A DNA stretch of 18,913 nucleotides from a virus (IMGVR_UViG_3300028969_000096:1-18913); one strand, 5' to 3'; numbered from the stretch's first letter, positions 8,506-17,031 are shown. Program-made: numbers and translations. The notes: generated by a model not told the origin, from the sequence alone.

Positions 8506-9009
8506 TTACAGAGAATGGAGGGCTTTTTGAATTACGTGAAATACGTCCGGCAGATGGTCAAGCCCCTGACCAAGTAATCGAATCGTCAGCTGTTTTATGG
8601 CGTCGGCAGGAAGCGTTCGAAGCTGAGAGAGTAATTTCTTCTTATCTTCAGTCGTGGCAGAAGTAGAACTATTGATGATACGTTCAAGTTCACAGAGAGT
8701 CTCATCATGCAATCTTATTGTCATAATCCCAAGAATAGCTTTAAGACCTCCATCATCACGAATGAAATCAATTCCATCTTTAGTAATTCTTAATTCAGGA
8801 ATATTTATATTTATGCCATCCAAGTAATAATCAAGAGCATTCTTAATCAAGCCATGTTCTTCGAGATAAATTAAGTTCGAAATTAGGACATTATCATCTC
8901 CAAATGCGTCACGAACAGACTGCAACGCATCATCAGAAATTTCATAAGGATGAGCATCATACAGTATTTGTAACAACTGCCTTTGTGCACTTCTATCAAA
9001 TTTGTCCAT
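8506..9009 (-). CDS. Hypothetical protein, possibly a small winged-helix phage protein (DUF2513-like)
   Basis: A 167-aa ORF with GGTGA upstream of the ATG. The N-terminal two thirds have no competing ORF. The 3' third overlaps a plus-strand ORF (8373-8666) that has a strong RBS, so the boundaries and even the coding strand near 8506-8666 are unresolved. Confidence 0.45.
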   Translation of the reverse strand: MDKFDRSAQRQLLQILYDAHPYEISDDALQSVRDAFGDDNVLISNLIYLEEHGLIKNALDYYLDGININIPELRITKDGIDFIRDDGGLKAILGIMTIRLHDETLCELERIINSSTSATTEDKKKLLSQLRTLPADAIKQLTIRLLGQGLDHLPDVFHVIQKALHSL

Positions 9010-9333
9010 CTTAAATAATCACCATGTTATTGGGGGTATCAAGATTAACCGAATCCTTGTTGTTGGGGAATAACCAGGTCCACCTCGCCTGATGTGGCTA
9101 AAAGCAGGCACATAACAGCTAAGTATTTTCAACCAGAGAGAATCCTTAGCGTTGTGGTGAATGCGGCTCAGCGCACGCGGGTTAAGGTTGAGGCTGACAG
9201 TCGACCTTCTGTGGATACCCACCCGCCTGGTGTGCAACCTTCGCCAGGCACCGGGAGGCACCCGGCACCACAACAGCCACTGCTTTGGCGGTACCAGTTT
9301 GTACACTTGCTTCCGGCTGGCACCGCTCTTTTT

Positions 9334-9422
9334 ACAAAACAGAGAAGAGCATCACCGGACGACGGGCTCATAACCCAATCCATCCGGGCGGCTGCCACCG
9401 CAGGTGTTCTTCTCTGTTTTGT
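9334..9422 (+). repeat. Long hairpin: 15-bp perfect inverted repeat flanking a 59-nt structured loop, within a roughly 450-bp non-coding GC-rich region
   Basis: Seen in sequence: acaaaacagagaaga (9334-9348) is the exact reverse complement of tcttctctgttttgt (9408-9422), with inner pairing cacc/ggtg. Immediately upstream is a terminator-like hairpin gcggtacc...ggcaccgc followed by tcttttt (9295-9333). No convincing ORF covers 9019-9470. Confidence 0.6.
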
Positions 9423-9470
9423 GGAGAAACCAACCGACCTTGCAGGGTCGATATGATGAGGAGCAGCAAA

Positions 9471-9833
9471 ATGGCTAGCGAACGCAGTACTGATGTGCAG
9501 GCATTTATCGGGGAGCTGGACGGCGGCGTATTTGAAACCAAAATCGGCGCAGTTCTCAGTGAGGTCGCTTCCGGTGTGATGAACACGAAAACCAAAGGGA
9601 AGGTCTCACTCAATCTGGAAATCGAACCGTTTGATGAGAACCGTGTGAAAATCAAACACAAACTCTCATATGTTCGCCCAACTAACCGCGGGAAAATTTC
9701 CGAAGAAGACACCACCGAAACGCCGATGTATGTCAATCGCGGTGGTCGCCTGACTATTCTGCAGGAAGACCAGGGACAATTACTGACTCTTGCCGGTGAA
9801 CCTGACGGAAAACTCCGCGCAGCAGGTCGTTAA
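9471..9833 (+). CDS. YfdP-like prophage protein
   Basis: A 120-aa product starting MASERSTDVQAFIGELDGG, with SD GAGGAG 8 nt upstream. It is the first gene of a block that matches the CPS-53 yfdP-yfdT gene order and sizes from memory. Confidence 0.55.
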   Translation: MASERSTDVQAFIGELDGGVFETKIGAVLSEVASGVMNTKTKGKVSLNLEIEPFDENRVKIKHKLSYVRPTNRGKISEEDTTETPMYVNRGGRLTILQEDQGQLLTLAGEPDGKLRAAGR

Positions 9834-9898
9834 TATCGTTCGTAATAAACTGATTATTTATCTCATCACTGAATATCTTTATATAGTGAGGACTTATT

Positions 9899-10723
9899 AT
9901 GTCTCAGAACTTAGACGCAACCGCAATTAATCAAATCCATGCCCTTATTTCTGCTCAGGGTGTTAATGAAATTATCAGTAAGATTGGTGCCGATGCTGTG
10001 GCATTGCCTGAGAATTTCCGCATTCATGATCTGGAAAAATTTAATTTAAATCGCTTCCGTTTCCGTGGTGCACTTTCCACTGCCAGCATCGATGATTTTA
10101 CCCGTTATTCTAAAGATCTTGCAGATGAAGGCACCCGCTGCTTTATCGATGCCGATAATATGCGTGCCGTCAGTGTGCTTAACCTGGGTACTATTGATGA
10201 GCCAGGTCACGCAGATAACACTGCCACTCTCAAACTGAAAAAGACAGCACCGTTCTCTGCTCTGTTGTCTGTTAACGGCGAGCGTAACTCCCAGAGGTCA
10301 CTGGCAGAATGGATCGAAGACTGGGCCGACTACCTTGTGGGCTTTGATGCTAATGGTGACGCCATTCAAGCAACAAAAGCGGCTGCGGCAGTCCGTAAAA
10401 TCACGATTGAAGCAAACCAGACCGCTGATTTTGAAGATAATGACTTCAGCGGCAAACGCTCCCTGATGGAGTCTGTCGAAGCGAAGACCAAAGACATTAT
10501 GCCAGTGGCATTTGAATTTAAATGCGTTCCGTTTGAAGGTCTGAAAGAACGTCCGTTTAAATTACGCCTCAGCATTATCACTGGCGATCGTCCTGTACTG
10601 GTTCTGCGCATTATTCAGCTGGAAGCGGTGCAGGAAGAAATGGCTAACGAATTTCGTGATCTGCTTGTTGAGAAATTCAAAGACAGCAAAGTAGAAACCT
10701 TTATTGGTACTTTCACCGCCTGA
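9899..10723 (+). CDS. YfdQ-like protein (DUF2303 family)
   Basis: A 274-aa product, the same length as K-12 YfdQ as I recall. It sits in the yfdP-Q-R-S-T-like order. Confidence 0.6.
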   Translation: MSQNLDATAINQIHALISAQGVNEIISKIGADAVALPENFRIHDLEKFNLNRFRFRGALSTASIDDFTRYSKDLADEGTRCFIDADNMRAVSVLNLGTIDEPGHADNTATLKLKKTAPFSALLSVNGERNSQRSLAEWIEDWADYLVGFDANGDAIQATKAAAAVRKITIEANQTADFEDNDFSGKRSLMESVEAKTKDIMPVAFEFKCVPFEGLKERPFKLRLSIITGDRPVLVLRIIQLEAVQEEMANEFRDLLVEKFKDSKVETFIGTFTA

Positions 10724-10735
10724 TTTCATTACTGC

Positions 10736-10757
10736 AAATGCCCCTGCGGGGGCATTT
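10736..10757 (+). terminator. Hairpin, possible attenuator or weak terminator
   Basis: A 9-bp perfect stem aaatgcccc/ggggcattt with a short loop, between the YfdQ-like and YfdR-like genes. No strong U-tract follows. Confidence 0.3.
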
Positions 10758-10850
10758 ATGGAAACGTAATTAACTCAATAATCACCGGATGGTGAGGGCT
10801 TCCTTTTACCAGAATTCAGCGCGGTGCAGTGCATATACGTGGAGAACAAA

Positions 10851-11387
10851 ATGTCATTTATTAAAACTTTTTCCGGGAAGCATTTTTATTATGACAAGAT
10901 AAATAAAGACGACATCGATATTAACGATATCGCGGTTTCCCTTTCAAATATCTGTCGCTTTGCCGGTCATCTTTCGCACTTCTACAGCGTCGCCCAACAT
11001 GCGGTTCTTTGCAGCCAGCTGGTGCCGCAGGAATTTGCTTTTGAAGCGTTAATGCATGATGCAACAGAAGCGTATTGCCAGGACATTCCCGCACCACTGA
11101 AACGCCTTCTTCCTGACTATAAACGGATGGAAGAAAAAATAGACGCCGTAATCCGTGAGGAATACGGGTTACCCCCAGTTATGAGTACACCCGTGAAATA
11201 TGCCGATCTCATCATGCTGGCAACCGAACGCCGCGATCTCGGGCTTGATGATGGCTCTTTCTGGCCTGTACTGGAAGGCATCCCGGCAACAGAGATGTTC
11301 AACGTGATTCCACTGGCACCGGGTCATGCCTACGGGATGTTTATGGAACGTTTTAACGATTTATCGGAGTTACGCAAATGCGCATGA
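10851..11387 (+). CDS. HD-domain phosphohydrolase (YfdR-like 5'-deoxynucleotidase family)
   Basis: The HD motif context is HAVLCSQLV...ALMHDATEAYCQDIPAPLKRLL. Starting at the ATG at 10851 (SD GGAGAA) gives 178 aa; the track ORF begins at 10824. Confidence 0.65.
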   Translation: MSFIKTFSGKHFYYDKINKDDIDINDIAVSLSNICRFAGHLSHFYSVAQHAVLCSQLVPQEFAFEALMHDATEAYCQDIPAPLKRLLPDYKRMEEKIDAVIREEYGLPPVMSTPVKYADLIMLATERRDLGLDDGSFWPVLEGIPATEMFNVIPLAPGHAYGMFMERFNDLSELRKCA

Positions 11388-11740
11388 ATGTTTTCGAAAT
11401 GGAAGGGTTTCTTCGCGGGAAATGTGTACCGCGAGATCTGAAAGTGAATGAAACAAATGCTGAGTACCTGTTACGTAAATTCGACGCGCTTGAAGCTAAA
11501 TGTGCGGCACTGGAAAACAAAATAATACCAGTGTCAGCTGAACTGCCACCAGCAAATGAAAGTGTTCTGTTATTTGATGCTAATGGAGAAGGCTGGCTGA
11601 TTGGCTGGCGTTCTCTCTGGTACACCTGGGGACAAAAAGAAACCGGAGAATGGCAGTGGACATTTCAGGTCGGGGACCTTGAAAACGTCAATATCACTCA
11701 CTGGGCAGTAATGCCAAAAGCACCGGAGGCTGGAGCATAA
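11378..11740 (+). CDS. YfdS-like protein (120 aa)
   Basis: Assigned by size and position in the conserved block. The start overlaps the end of the upstream gene. Confidence 0.5.
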   Translation: MRMNVFEMEGFLRGKCVPRDLKVNETNAEYLLRKFDALEAKCAALENKIIPVSAELPPANESVLLFDANGEGWLIGWRSLWYTWGQKETGEWQWTFQVGDLENVNITHWAVMPKAPEAGA

Positions 11741-12045
11741 TGACCACATTTACCAATAAAGAACTGATTAAAGAAATCAAAGAACGAATCAGCAGCCTAG
11801 AGGTTCGAGACGATATTGAGCGCCGTGCTTATGAAATCGCACTCGTATCTCTGGAAGTAGAGCCAGATGAACGCGAAGCCTATGAATTATTCATGGAAAA
11901 GCGTTTCGGTGACTTAGTAGATCGTCGGAGAGTAAAAAACGGCGATAACGAATACATGGCATGGGATATGACTCTCGGTTGGATCGTCTGGCAGCAACGA
12001 GCTGGTATCCATTTTTCAACAATGACACAGCAAGAGGTGAAATAA
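11740..12045 (+). CDS. YfdT-like protein (101 aa)
   Basis: Assigned by size and position. Its stop overlaps the next start as TAATG. Confidence 0.5.
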   Translation: MTTFTNKELIKEIKERISSLEVRDDIERRAYEIALVSLEVEPDEREAYELFMEKRFGDLVDRRRVKNGDNEYMAWDMTLGWIVWQQRAGIHFSTMTQQEVK

Positions 12046-12416
12046 TGGAGCCATACAGCCTCACACTCGATGAGGCCTGTCAGTTTCTTAAGATATCCAG
12101 ACCAACCGCCACCAACTGGATACGAACAGGCCGCCTACAGGCAACACGTAAAGATCCAACCAAGCCAAAATCTCCTTACCTCACAACACGGCAAGCTTGC
12201 ATTGCGGCGCTTCAGTCTCCGCTGCATACTGTCCAAGTGAGCGCGGGTGATGGCATAACAGAGGAAAGAAAATGTCACTCTTCCGCAGAAATGAAATATG
12301 GTATGCCTCGTATTCGCTCCCGGGCGGGAAACGAATTAAGGAATCTCTTGGCACAAAGGACAAGCGGCAAGCTCAGGAGTTGCACGACAAGCGAAAAGCA
12401 GAACTCTGGCGAGTAG
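12045..12416 (+). CDS. Excisionase-like HTH protein (Xis/AlpA-type)
   Basis: The N-terminus [31 protein letters not shown] is an excisionase-type HTH. It lies immediately upstream of int. The 3' extent is uncertain because the frame runs 145 nt into int. Confidence 0.45.
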   Translation: MEPYSLTLDEACQFLKISRPTATNWIRTGRLQATRKDPTKPKSPYLTTRQACIAALQSPLHTVQVSAGDGITEERKCHSSAEMKYGMPRIRSRAGNELRNLLAQRTSGKLRSCTTSEKQNSGE

Positions 12417-13435
12417 AAAAGCTAGGGGATTTACCTGATGTCACTTTTGAAGAGGCCTGCCTAAGATGGCTTGAGGAAAAAGCTGATAAAAAATCTCTCG
12501 ATTCAGATAAAAGCCGGATTGAGTTCTGGCTTGAACATTTTGAGGGTATAAGGCTTAAAGATATCTCGGAGGCAAAGATTTACTCTGCTGTAAGCAGAAT
12601 GCATAACAGAAAGACGAAAGAAATATGGAAACAGAAAGTTCAGGCCGCCATCAGGAAAGGTAAAGAACCGCCTGTTTATGAACCAAAGCCAGTATCAACT
12701 CAGACAAAGGCAAAGCATCTTGCCATGATAAAGGCCATTCTCCGTGCTGCAGAACGCGACTGGAAGTGGCTGGAAAAAGCGCCTGTCATCAAGATACCAG
12801 CGGTCAGAAACAAGCGAGTCAGATGGCTGGAAAAGGAGGAAGCAAAACGCCTTATTGATGAGTGCCCCGAACCACTGAAATCTGTCGTCAAGTTTGCGCT
12901 GGCAACTGGTCTGAGAAAGTCGAACATCATAAATCTGGAATGGCAACAAATCGACATGCAGCGACGAGTTGCCTGGGTGAATCCAGAAGAGAGCAAATCA
13001 AACCGCGCCATTGGTGTGGCGCTGAACGATACCGCCTGTAAAGTGTTGCGTGATCAAATAGGCAAGCATCACAAATGGGTGTTTGTACATACCAAGGCGG
13101 CTAAGCGAGCAGATGGAACATCAACGCCTGCGGTCAGGAAGATGCGCATCGACAGCAAGACATCATGGCTATCAGCTTGTCGTCGTGCAGGAATTGAAGA
13201 TTTCCGTTTCCATGACCTCAGACACACCTGGGCAAGCTGGCTGATCCAGTCAGGCGTCCCATTATCTGTGCTTCAGGAAATGGGCGGATGGGAGTCCATA
13301 GAAATGGTTCGTAGGTATGCTCACCTTGCGCCTAATCATTTGACAGAGCATGCAAGGAAAATAGACGACATTTTTGGTGATAATGTCCCAAATATGTCCC
13401 ACTGTGGAATTATGGAGGATATAAAGAAGGCGTAA
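12272..13435 (+). CDS. Tyrosine site-specific integrase (lambdoid, DLP12 IntD-like)
   Basis: A 387-aa product starting MSLFRR. The C-terminal catalytic region reads [39 protein letters not shown], giving the R...H-x-x-R...Y signature. Its 3' end is 15 bp from the tRNA-Arg fragment. Confidence 0.9.
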   Translation: MSLFRRNEIWYASYSLPGGKRIKESLGTKDKRQAQELHDKRKAELWRVEKLGDLPDVTFEEACLRWLEEKADKKSLDSDKSRIEFWLEHFEGIRLKDISEAKIYSAVSRMHNRKTKEIWKQKVQAAIRKGKEPPVYEPKPVSTQTKAKHLAMIKAILRAAERDWKWLEKAPVIKIPAVRNKRVRWLEKEEAKRLIDECPEPLKSVVKFALATGLRKSNIINLEWQQIDMQRRVAWVNPEESKSNRAIGVALNDTACKVLRDQIGKHHKWVFVHTKAAKRADGTSTPAVRKMRIDSKTSWLSACRRAGIEDFRFHDLRHTWASWLIQSGVPLSVLQEMGGWESIEMVRRYAHLAPNHLTEHARKIDDIFGDNVPNMSHCGIMEDIKKA

Positions 13436-13450
13436 CTGATTGAATTGTAA

Positions 13451-13495
13451 TGGTGCGCCCTGCAGGATTCGAACCTGCGGCCCACGACTTAGAAG
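13451..13495 (-). pseudogene. 3' fragment (about 45 nt) of a tRNA-Arg(UCU) gene (argU-like); prophage att core
   Basis: The reverse complement reads CTTCTAAGTCGTGGGCCGCAGGTTCGAATCCTGCAGGGCGCACCA, which runs from the anticodon loop through the T-arm and acceptor 3' strand to CCA. No matching 5' acceptor strand (GCGCCCT) or D-arm lies upstream, so this is a fragment and not a complete tRNA. Confidence 0.7.
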
Positions 13496-13917
13496 TTCCT
13501 AGAACGACATTTTAAGTCAACAACTTACCGCGCCATCTCTGCGCTCACACGTCCCACTACCTCAAAACATGTAAAGCCTTGCAAGCCATTGTGAGGCCTT
13601 ATGTGTCTCAGTTTTGTCCCTCTTTTTTGTACCAAAAAACATAGCAATTGAGGATAAACCTCATGCTATTTTCGCTTATATGCCTCTAAAGGCATGGCGC
13701 TTAAATAGATAAAAACACCACAAAAGCATAAAAAACCACACAGTAAAACCGCAACATAAAACAATAACAGATAATTAAACCAAAAACAGATAGCGCATTG
13801 TGATAATCATTCAATACTAAACAAAATATAAACAGTGGAGCAATATGTAATTGACTCATTAAGTTAGATATAAAAAATACATATTCAATCATTAAAACGA
13901 TTGAATGGAGAACTTTT

Positions 13918-14871
13918 ATGCGGGCGAAACTTCTGGGAATAGTCCTGACAACCCCTATTGCGATCAGCTCTTTTGCTTCTACCGAGACTATATCGTTTAC
14001 TCCTGACAACATAAATGCGGACATTAGTCTTGGAACTCTGAGCGGAAAAACAAAAGAGCGCGTTTATCTAGCTGAAGAAGGAGGCCGAAAAGTCAGTCAA
14101 CTCGACTGGAAATTCAATAACGCTGCAATTATTAAAGGTGCAATTAATTGGGATTTGATGCCCCAGATATCTATTGGGGCTGCGGGCTGGACTACTCTCG
14201 GCAGCCGAGGTGGCAATATGGTCGATCAGGACTGGATGGATTCCAGTAACCCCGGAACCTGGACAGATGAAAGTAGGCACCCTGATACACAACTCAATTA
14301 TGCCAACGAATTTGATCTGAATATCAAAGGCTGGCTCCTCAACGAACCCAATTACCGCCTGGGACTCATGGCCGGATATCAGGAAAGCCGTTATAGCTTT
14401 ACAGCCAGAGGTGGTTCCTATATCTACAGTTCTGAGGAGGGATTCAGAGATGATATCGGCTCCTTCCCGAATGGAGAAAGAGCAATCGGCTACAAACAAC
14501 GTTTTAAAATGCCCTACATTGGCTTGACTGGAAGTTATCGTTATGAAGATTTTGAGCTAGGTGGCACATTTAAATACAGCGGCTGGGTGGAAGCATCTGA
14601 TAACGATGAGCACTATGACCCAGGAAAAAGAATCACTTATCGCAGTAAAGTCAAAGACCAAAATTACTATTCTGTTGCAGTCAATGCAGGTTATTACGTA
14701 ACACCTAACGCAAAAGTTTATGTTGAAGGCGCATGGAATCGGGTTACGAATAAAAAAGGTAATACTTCACTTTATGATCACACTGATAACACTTCAGACT
14801 ACAGCAAAAATGGTGCAGGCATAGAAAACTATAACTTCATCACTACTGCTGGTCTTAAGTACACCTTTTAA
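13918..14871 (+). CDS. ompT: Outer-membrane protease OmpT (omptin)
   Basis: The 317-aa product MRAKLLGIVLTTPIAISSFASTETISFTPDNINADISLGTLSGK...AGLKYTF matches E. coli OmpT as I recall it almost residue for residue. An AT-rich upstream region and GGAG RBS precede it. Confidence 0.9.
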   Translation: MRAKLLGIVLTTPIAISSFASTETISFTPDNINADISLGTLSGKTKERVYLAEEGGRKVSQLDWKFNNAAIIKGAINWDLMPQISIGAAGWTTLGSRGGNMVDQDWMDSSNPGTWTDESRHPDTQLNYANEFDLNIKGWLLNEPNYRLGLMAGYQESRYSFTARGGSYIYSSEEGFRDDIGSFPNGERAIGYKQRFKMPYIGLTGSYRYEDFELGGTFKYSGWVEASDNDEHYDPGKRITYRSKVKDQNYYSVAVNAGYYVTPNAKVYVEGAWNRVTNKKGNTSLYDHTDNTSDYSKNGAGIENYNFITTAGLKYTF

Positions 14872-14890
14872 CGAAGTTAACCAGATTTTC

Positions 14891-14929
14891 TCCCCGGTGG
14901 TATTGTATAACCCCGGGGAATTTGTTTAC
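14891..14929 (+). terminator. Intrinsic terminator after ompT
   Basis: Stem tccccgg(14891-14897)/ccgggga(14913-14919) with a 15-nt loop, followed by aatttgttt. Confidence 0.4.
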
Positions 14930-15057
14930 AGTTACAAGTAGACAATATCCACTAATTTTGTAAGCATTTAACCTATGTCATAACGTGTAATCTCTTACCG
15001 CAACACAAGACCTCAATATATTCAAATCTTATCTTTATTCCGATATTCAGAGACACA

Positions 15058-16542
15058 ATGCGAAAAATAATTACTCATTTCAAAGTTGTTTTAACGTTAC
15101 TTCTACCAGTAACCGTATCTGCCCAGCAGATACAGTGGCAATCCTGTATGGCCAGTCAATTCAACCACTGGTTTGGTGAGGAAAAACCGTCTCCTGACTT
15201 ACTATGTGGTTATTTGTCTGTTCCATTAAAATATACAGACACAGGCGGAGATGCTTCTTATGAAAAAAAATCACAAGTCAAACTAGCGTTGACAAAATTG
15301 CCGGCAAAAAGCAAGCATAAAGGAAGTATCCTGATAATAAGTGGTGGTCCCGGGTTACCAGGCATAAATCCTTATATTAACTTTGACTGGCCAGTCACAA
15401 ATCTTCGTGAGTCATGGGATATTATTGGATTTGATCCTCGAGGCGTCGGACAGTCCACTCCGACAATAAACTGCCGGCAATCAGATACAGAGACTCGGGA
15501 AAACATAACCGAAAAGCAACAAGTATTAAATAAAATTAATGCCTGTATCCATAATACCGGAGCCGAAGTCATTCGCCATATCGGCTCTAACGAGGCTGTA
15601 TACGATATTGATCGTATTAGGCAAGCCTTGGGGGATAAACAACTGACAGCCGTGGCGTATTCGTATGGAACTCAAATTGCAGCCTTATATGCAGAACGTT
15701 TTCCCTACAACGTAAGATCTATCGTTCTTGATGGAGTCGTCGATATCGATGACCTGGAGGACAACTTCACATGGCAACTCAAACAGGCACAGAGTTATCA
15801 GGAAACGTTTGATCGCTTTGCATCCTGGTGTGCGCGTACAAAAAGTTGCCCGCTTTCTTCAGACAGAGATAAGGCAATAACTCAGTTCCATGAGCTATTA
15901 TCAAAATTACATCACAAACCTTTATTAGACAGTAAGGGAGAAAATATATCTTCAGATGAACTCATATCATTAACAACAGACCTTCTGCTATGGCGTTCAT
16001 CATGGCCAACCCTTGCAACTGCCATACGCCAGTTCTCTCAGGGGATTGTCAGTAATGAAATTGAAACTGCGCTCAGTGCTCCGATAGCCTCAGAAGAGTC
16101 AAGCGATGCTTCGGGGGTAATCCTCTGTGTAGATCAGGGGGATGAGCAATTAACACCAGAAGAGCGAAAATCCCGAAAAGACGCTCTTGCGAATGCCTTC
16201 CCGGCTATTAACTTTGACAATGGACGTTCCTATTCACCTGATTTTTGTGAATTATGGCCAATACATAGCGACCTGAACAAAACTCGCCTGAAAAATACTG
16301 TTCTGCCCTCTGGTTTACTGTTTGTAGCACACAAATACGACCCAACAACGCCCTGGATTAATGCCCGTAAGATGGCAGAGAAATTTTCCAGCCCGTTACT
16401 AACAATAAATGGTGATGGGCATACATTAGCTCTCACCGGAGTTAATTTATGTGTAGATAAAGCAGTTGTACATCACCTGATCACTCCACAAAAAATAGAA
16501 AATATATACTGCCCAGGAAATTCTGAAGCAGAAATACAATAA
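15058..16542 (+). CDS. Secreted alpha/beta-hydrolase (TAP-like / S33 peptidase family)
   Basis: An N-terminal signal peptide (MRKIITHFKVVLTLLLPVTVSA), the motif GFDPRGVGQS, and a nucleophile elbow AYSYGT. The product is 494 aa. Confidence 0.7.
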   Translation: MRKIITHFKVVLTLLLPVTVSAQQIQWQSCMASQFNHWFGEEKPSPDLLCGYLSVPLKYTDTGGDASYEKKSQVKLALTKLPAKSKHKGSILIISGGPGLPGINPYINFDWPVTNLRESWDIIGFDPRGVGQSTPTINCRQSDTETRENITEKQQVLNKINACIHNTGAEVIRHIGSNEAVYDIDRIRQALGDKQLTAVAYSYGTQIAALYAERFPYNVRSIVLDGVVDIDDLEDNFTWQLKQAQSYQETFDRFASWCARTKSCPLSSDRDKAITQFHELLSKLHHKPLLDSKGENISSDELISLTTDLLLWRSSWPTLATAIRQFSQGIVSNEIETALSAPIASEESSDASGVILCVDQGDEQLTPEERKSRKDALANAFPAINFDNGRSYSPDFCELWPIHSDLNKTRLKNTVLPSGLLFVAHKYDPTTPWINARKMAEKFSSPLLTINGDGHTLALTGVNLCVDKAVVHHLITPQKIENIYCPGNSEAEIQ

Positions 16543-16563
16543 TTTCAAAATATTCCGCTATTT

Positions 16564-16612
16564 GCTCCCAATGCAAAACATATATTGCATTGGGAGCATA
16601 TTCATATTTTTG
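16564..16612 (+). terminator. Intrinsic terminator after the hydrolase gene
   Basis: A 12-bp perfect stem gctcccaatgca(16564-16575)/tgcattgggagc(16586-16597) with a 10-nt loop, followed by a T-rich tract (atattcatatttttg). Confidence 0.55.
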
Positions 16613-16725
16613 TTATTCTTGTATGAAATCGTCTCATGTACACGGTCCTTTTTTCGCCGAAAACTGATATTACTTTAATCAAAAGTTGACGTGCCAGATT
16701 CGAAGTAAATTTATAAAATATCAAA

Positions 16726-17031
16726 TCAATATACATTTTGCACCTTCGAGATAGTAATGGCTATTACTGTAACATGAGTTACAAACAGCTTCATACCCAG
16801 AGCTACTGATGTATCAACACGATTCAACAATACCCGATATTTATTCCATGCCTCCAGCAACGATCTTTCTTCCTCCGTTGCGATTTCCAGATCTACAGCA
16901 TCCTGCAGTGGCGCAATATACTCACTGAATTCCTGGATGTAGAACTGTGTGGTGACGGTCTTCCAGCCATTCGGCTCCTGCTGTATCGAAGCATACCAGG
17001 CTATTTCAATATCGCTATGCTGCGGCAGCAT
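16726..17031 (-). pseudogene. Tail-fibre assembly protein fragment (TfaX-like, C-terminal part only)
   Basis: It carries the conserved Tfa C-terminal motif [37 protein letters not shown] but lacks the N-terminal domain, and the sequence after the motif diverges. Confidence 0.6.
16807..16927. repeat. Direct repeat, copy A (about 121 bp, roughly 90% identical to 17857-17977)
   Basis: Seen in sequence: the tfa C-terminal coding segment is duplicated in the same orientation on either side of the methyltransferase gene. Confidence 0.7.

Noticed and set aside
9019-9456. Track ORFs 9019-9306 (-), 9094-9456 (+), 9161-9373 (+) and 9168-9398 (-)
   Set aside because: They overlap one another in a GC-rich region, lack RBSs, and their translations are Arg/Pro-rich with no recognisable domain. 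The region is treated as non-coding structured DNA.
11961-12044. Upstream extension of the excisionase-like ORF starting at 11961
   Set aside because: The extension overlaps the YfdT-like gene in another frame. The ATG at 12045 overlapping the upstream stop is the more plausible start.
12695-13011. Minus-strand ORFs inside the integrase gene
   Set aside because: They are antisense to a confidently identified integrase and are frame artefacts.
13451-13530. Possible complete tRNA gene next to the integrase
   Set aside because: Only the anticodon loop to the CCA end is present. The upstream sequence cannot form the acceptor 5' strand (GCGCCCT) or a D-arm, so this is an att-type fragment and not a functional tRNA.
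13701-14024. Minus-strand ORF (107 aa) upstream of and overlapping ompT
   Set aside because: It lies in the extremely AT-rich ompT promoter region and overlaps the ompT start. Its low-complexity hydrophobic translation is typical of spurious ORFs.
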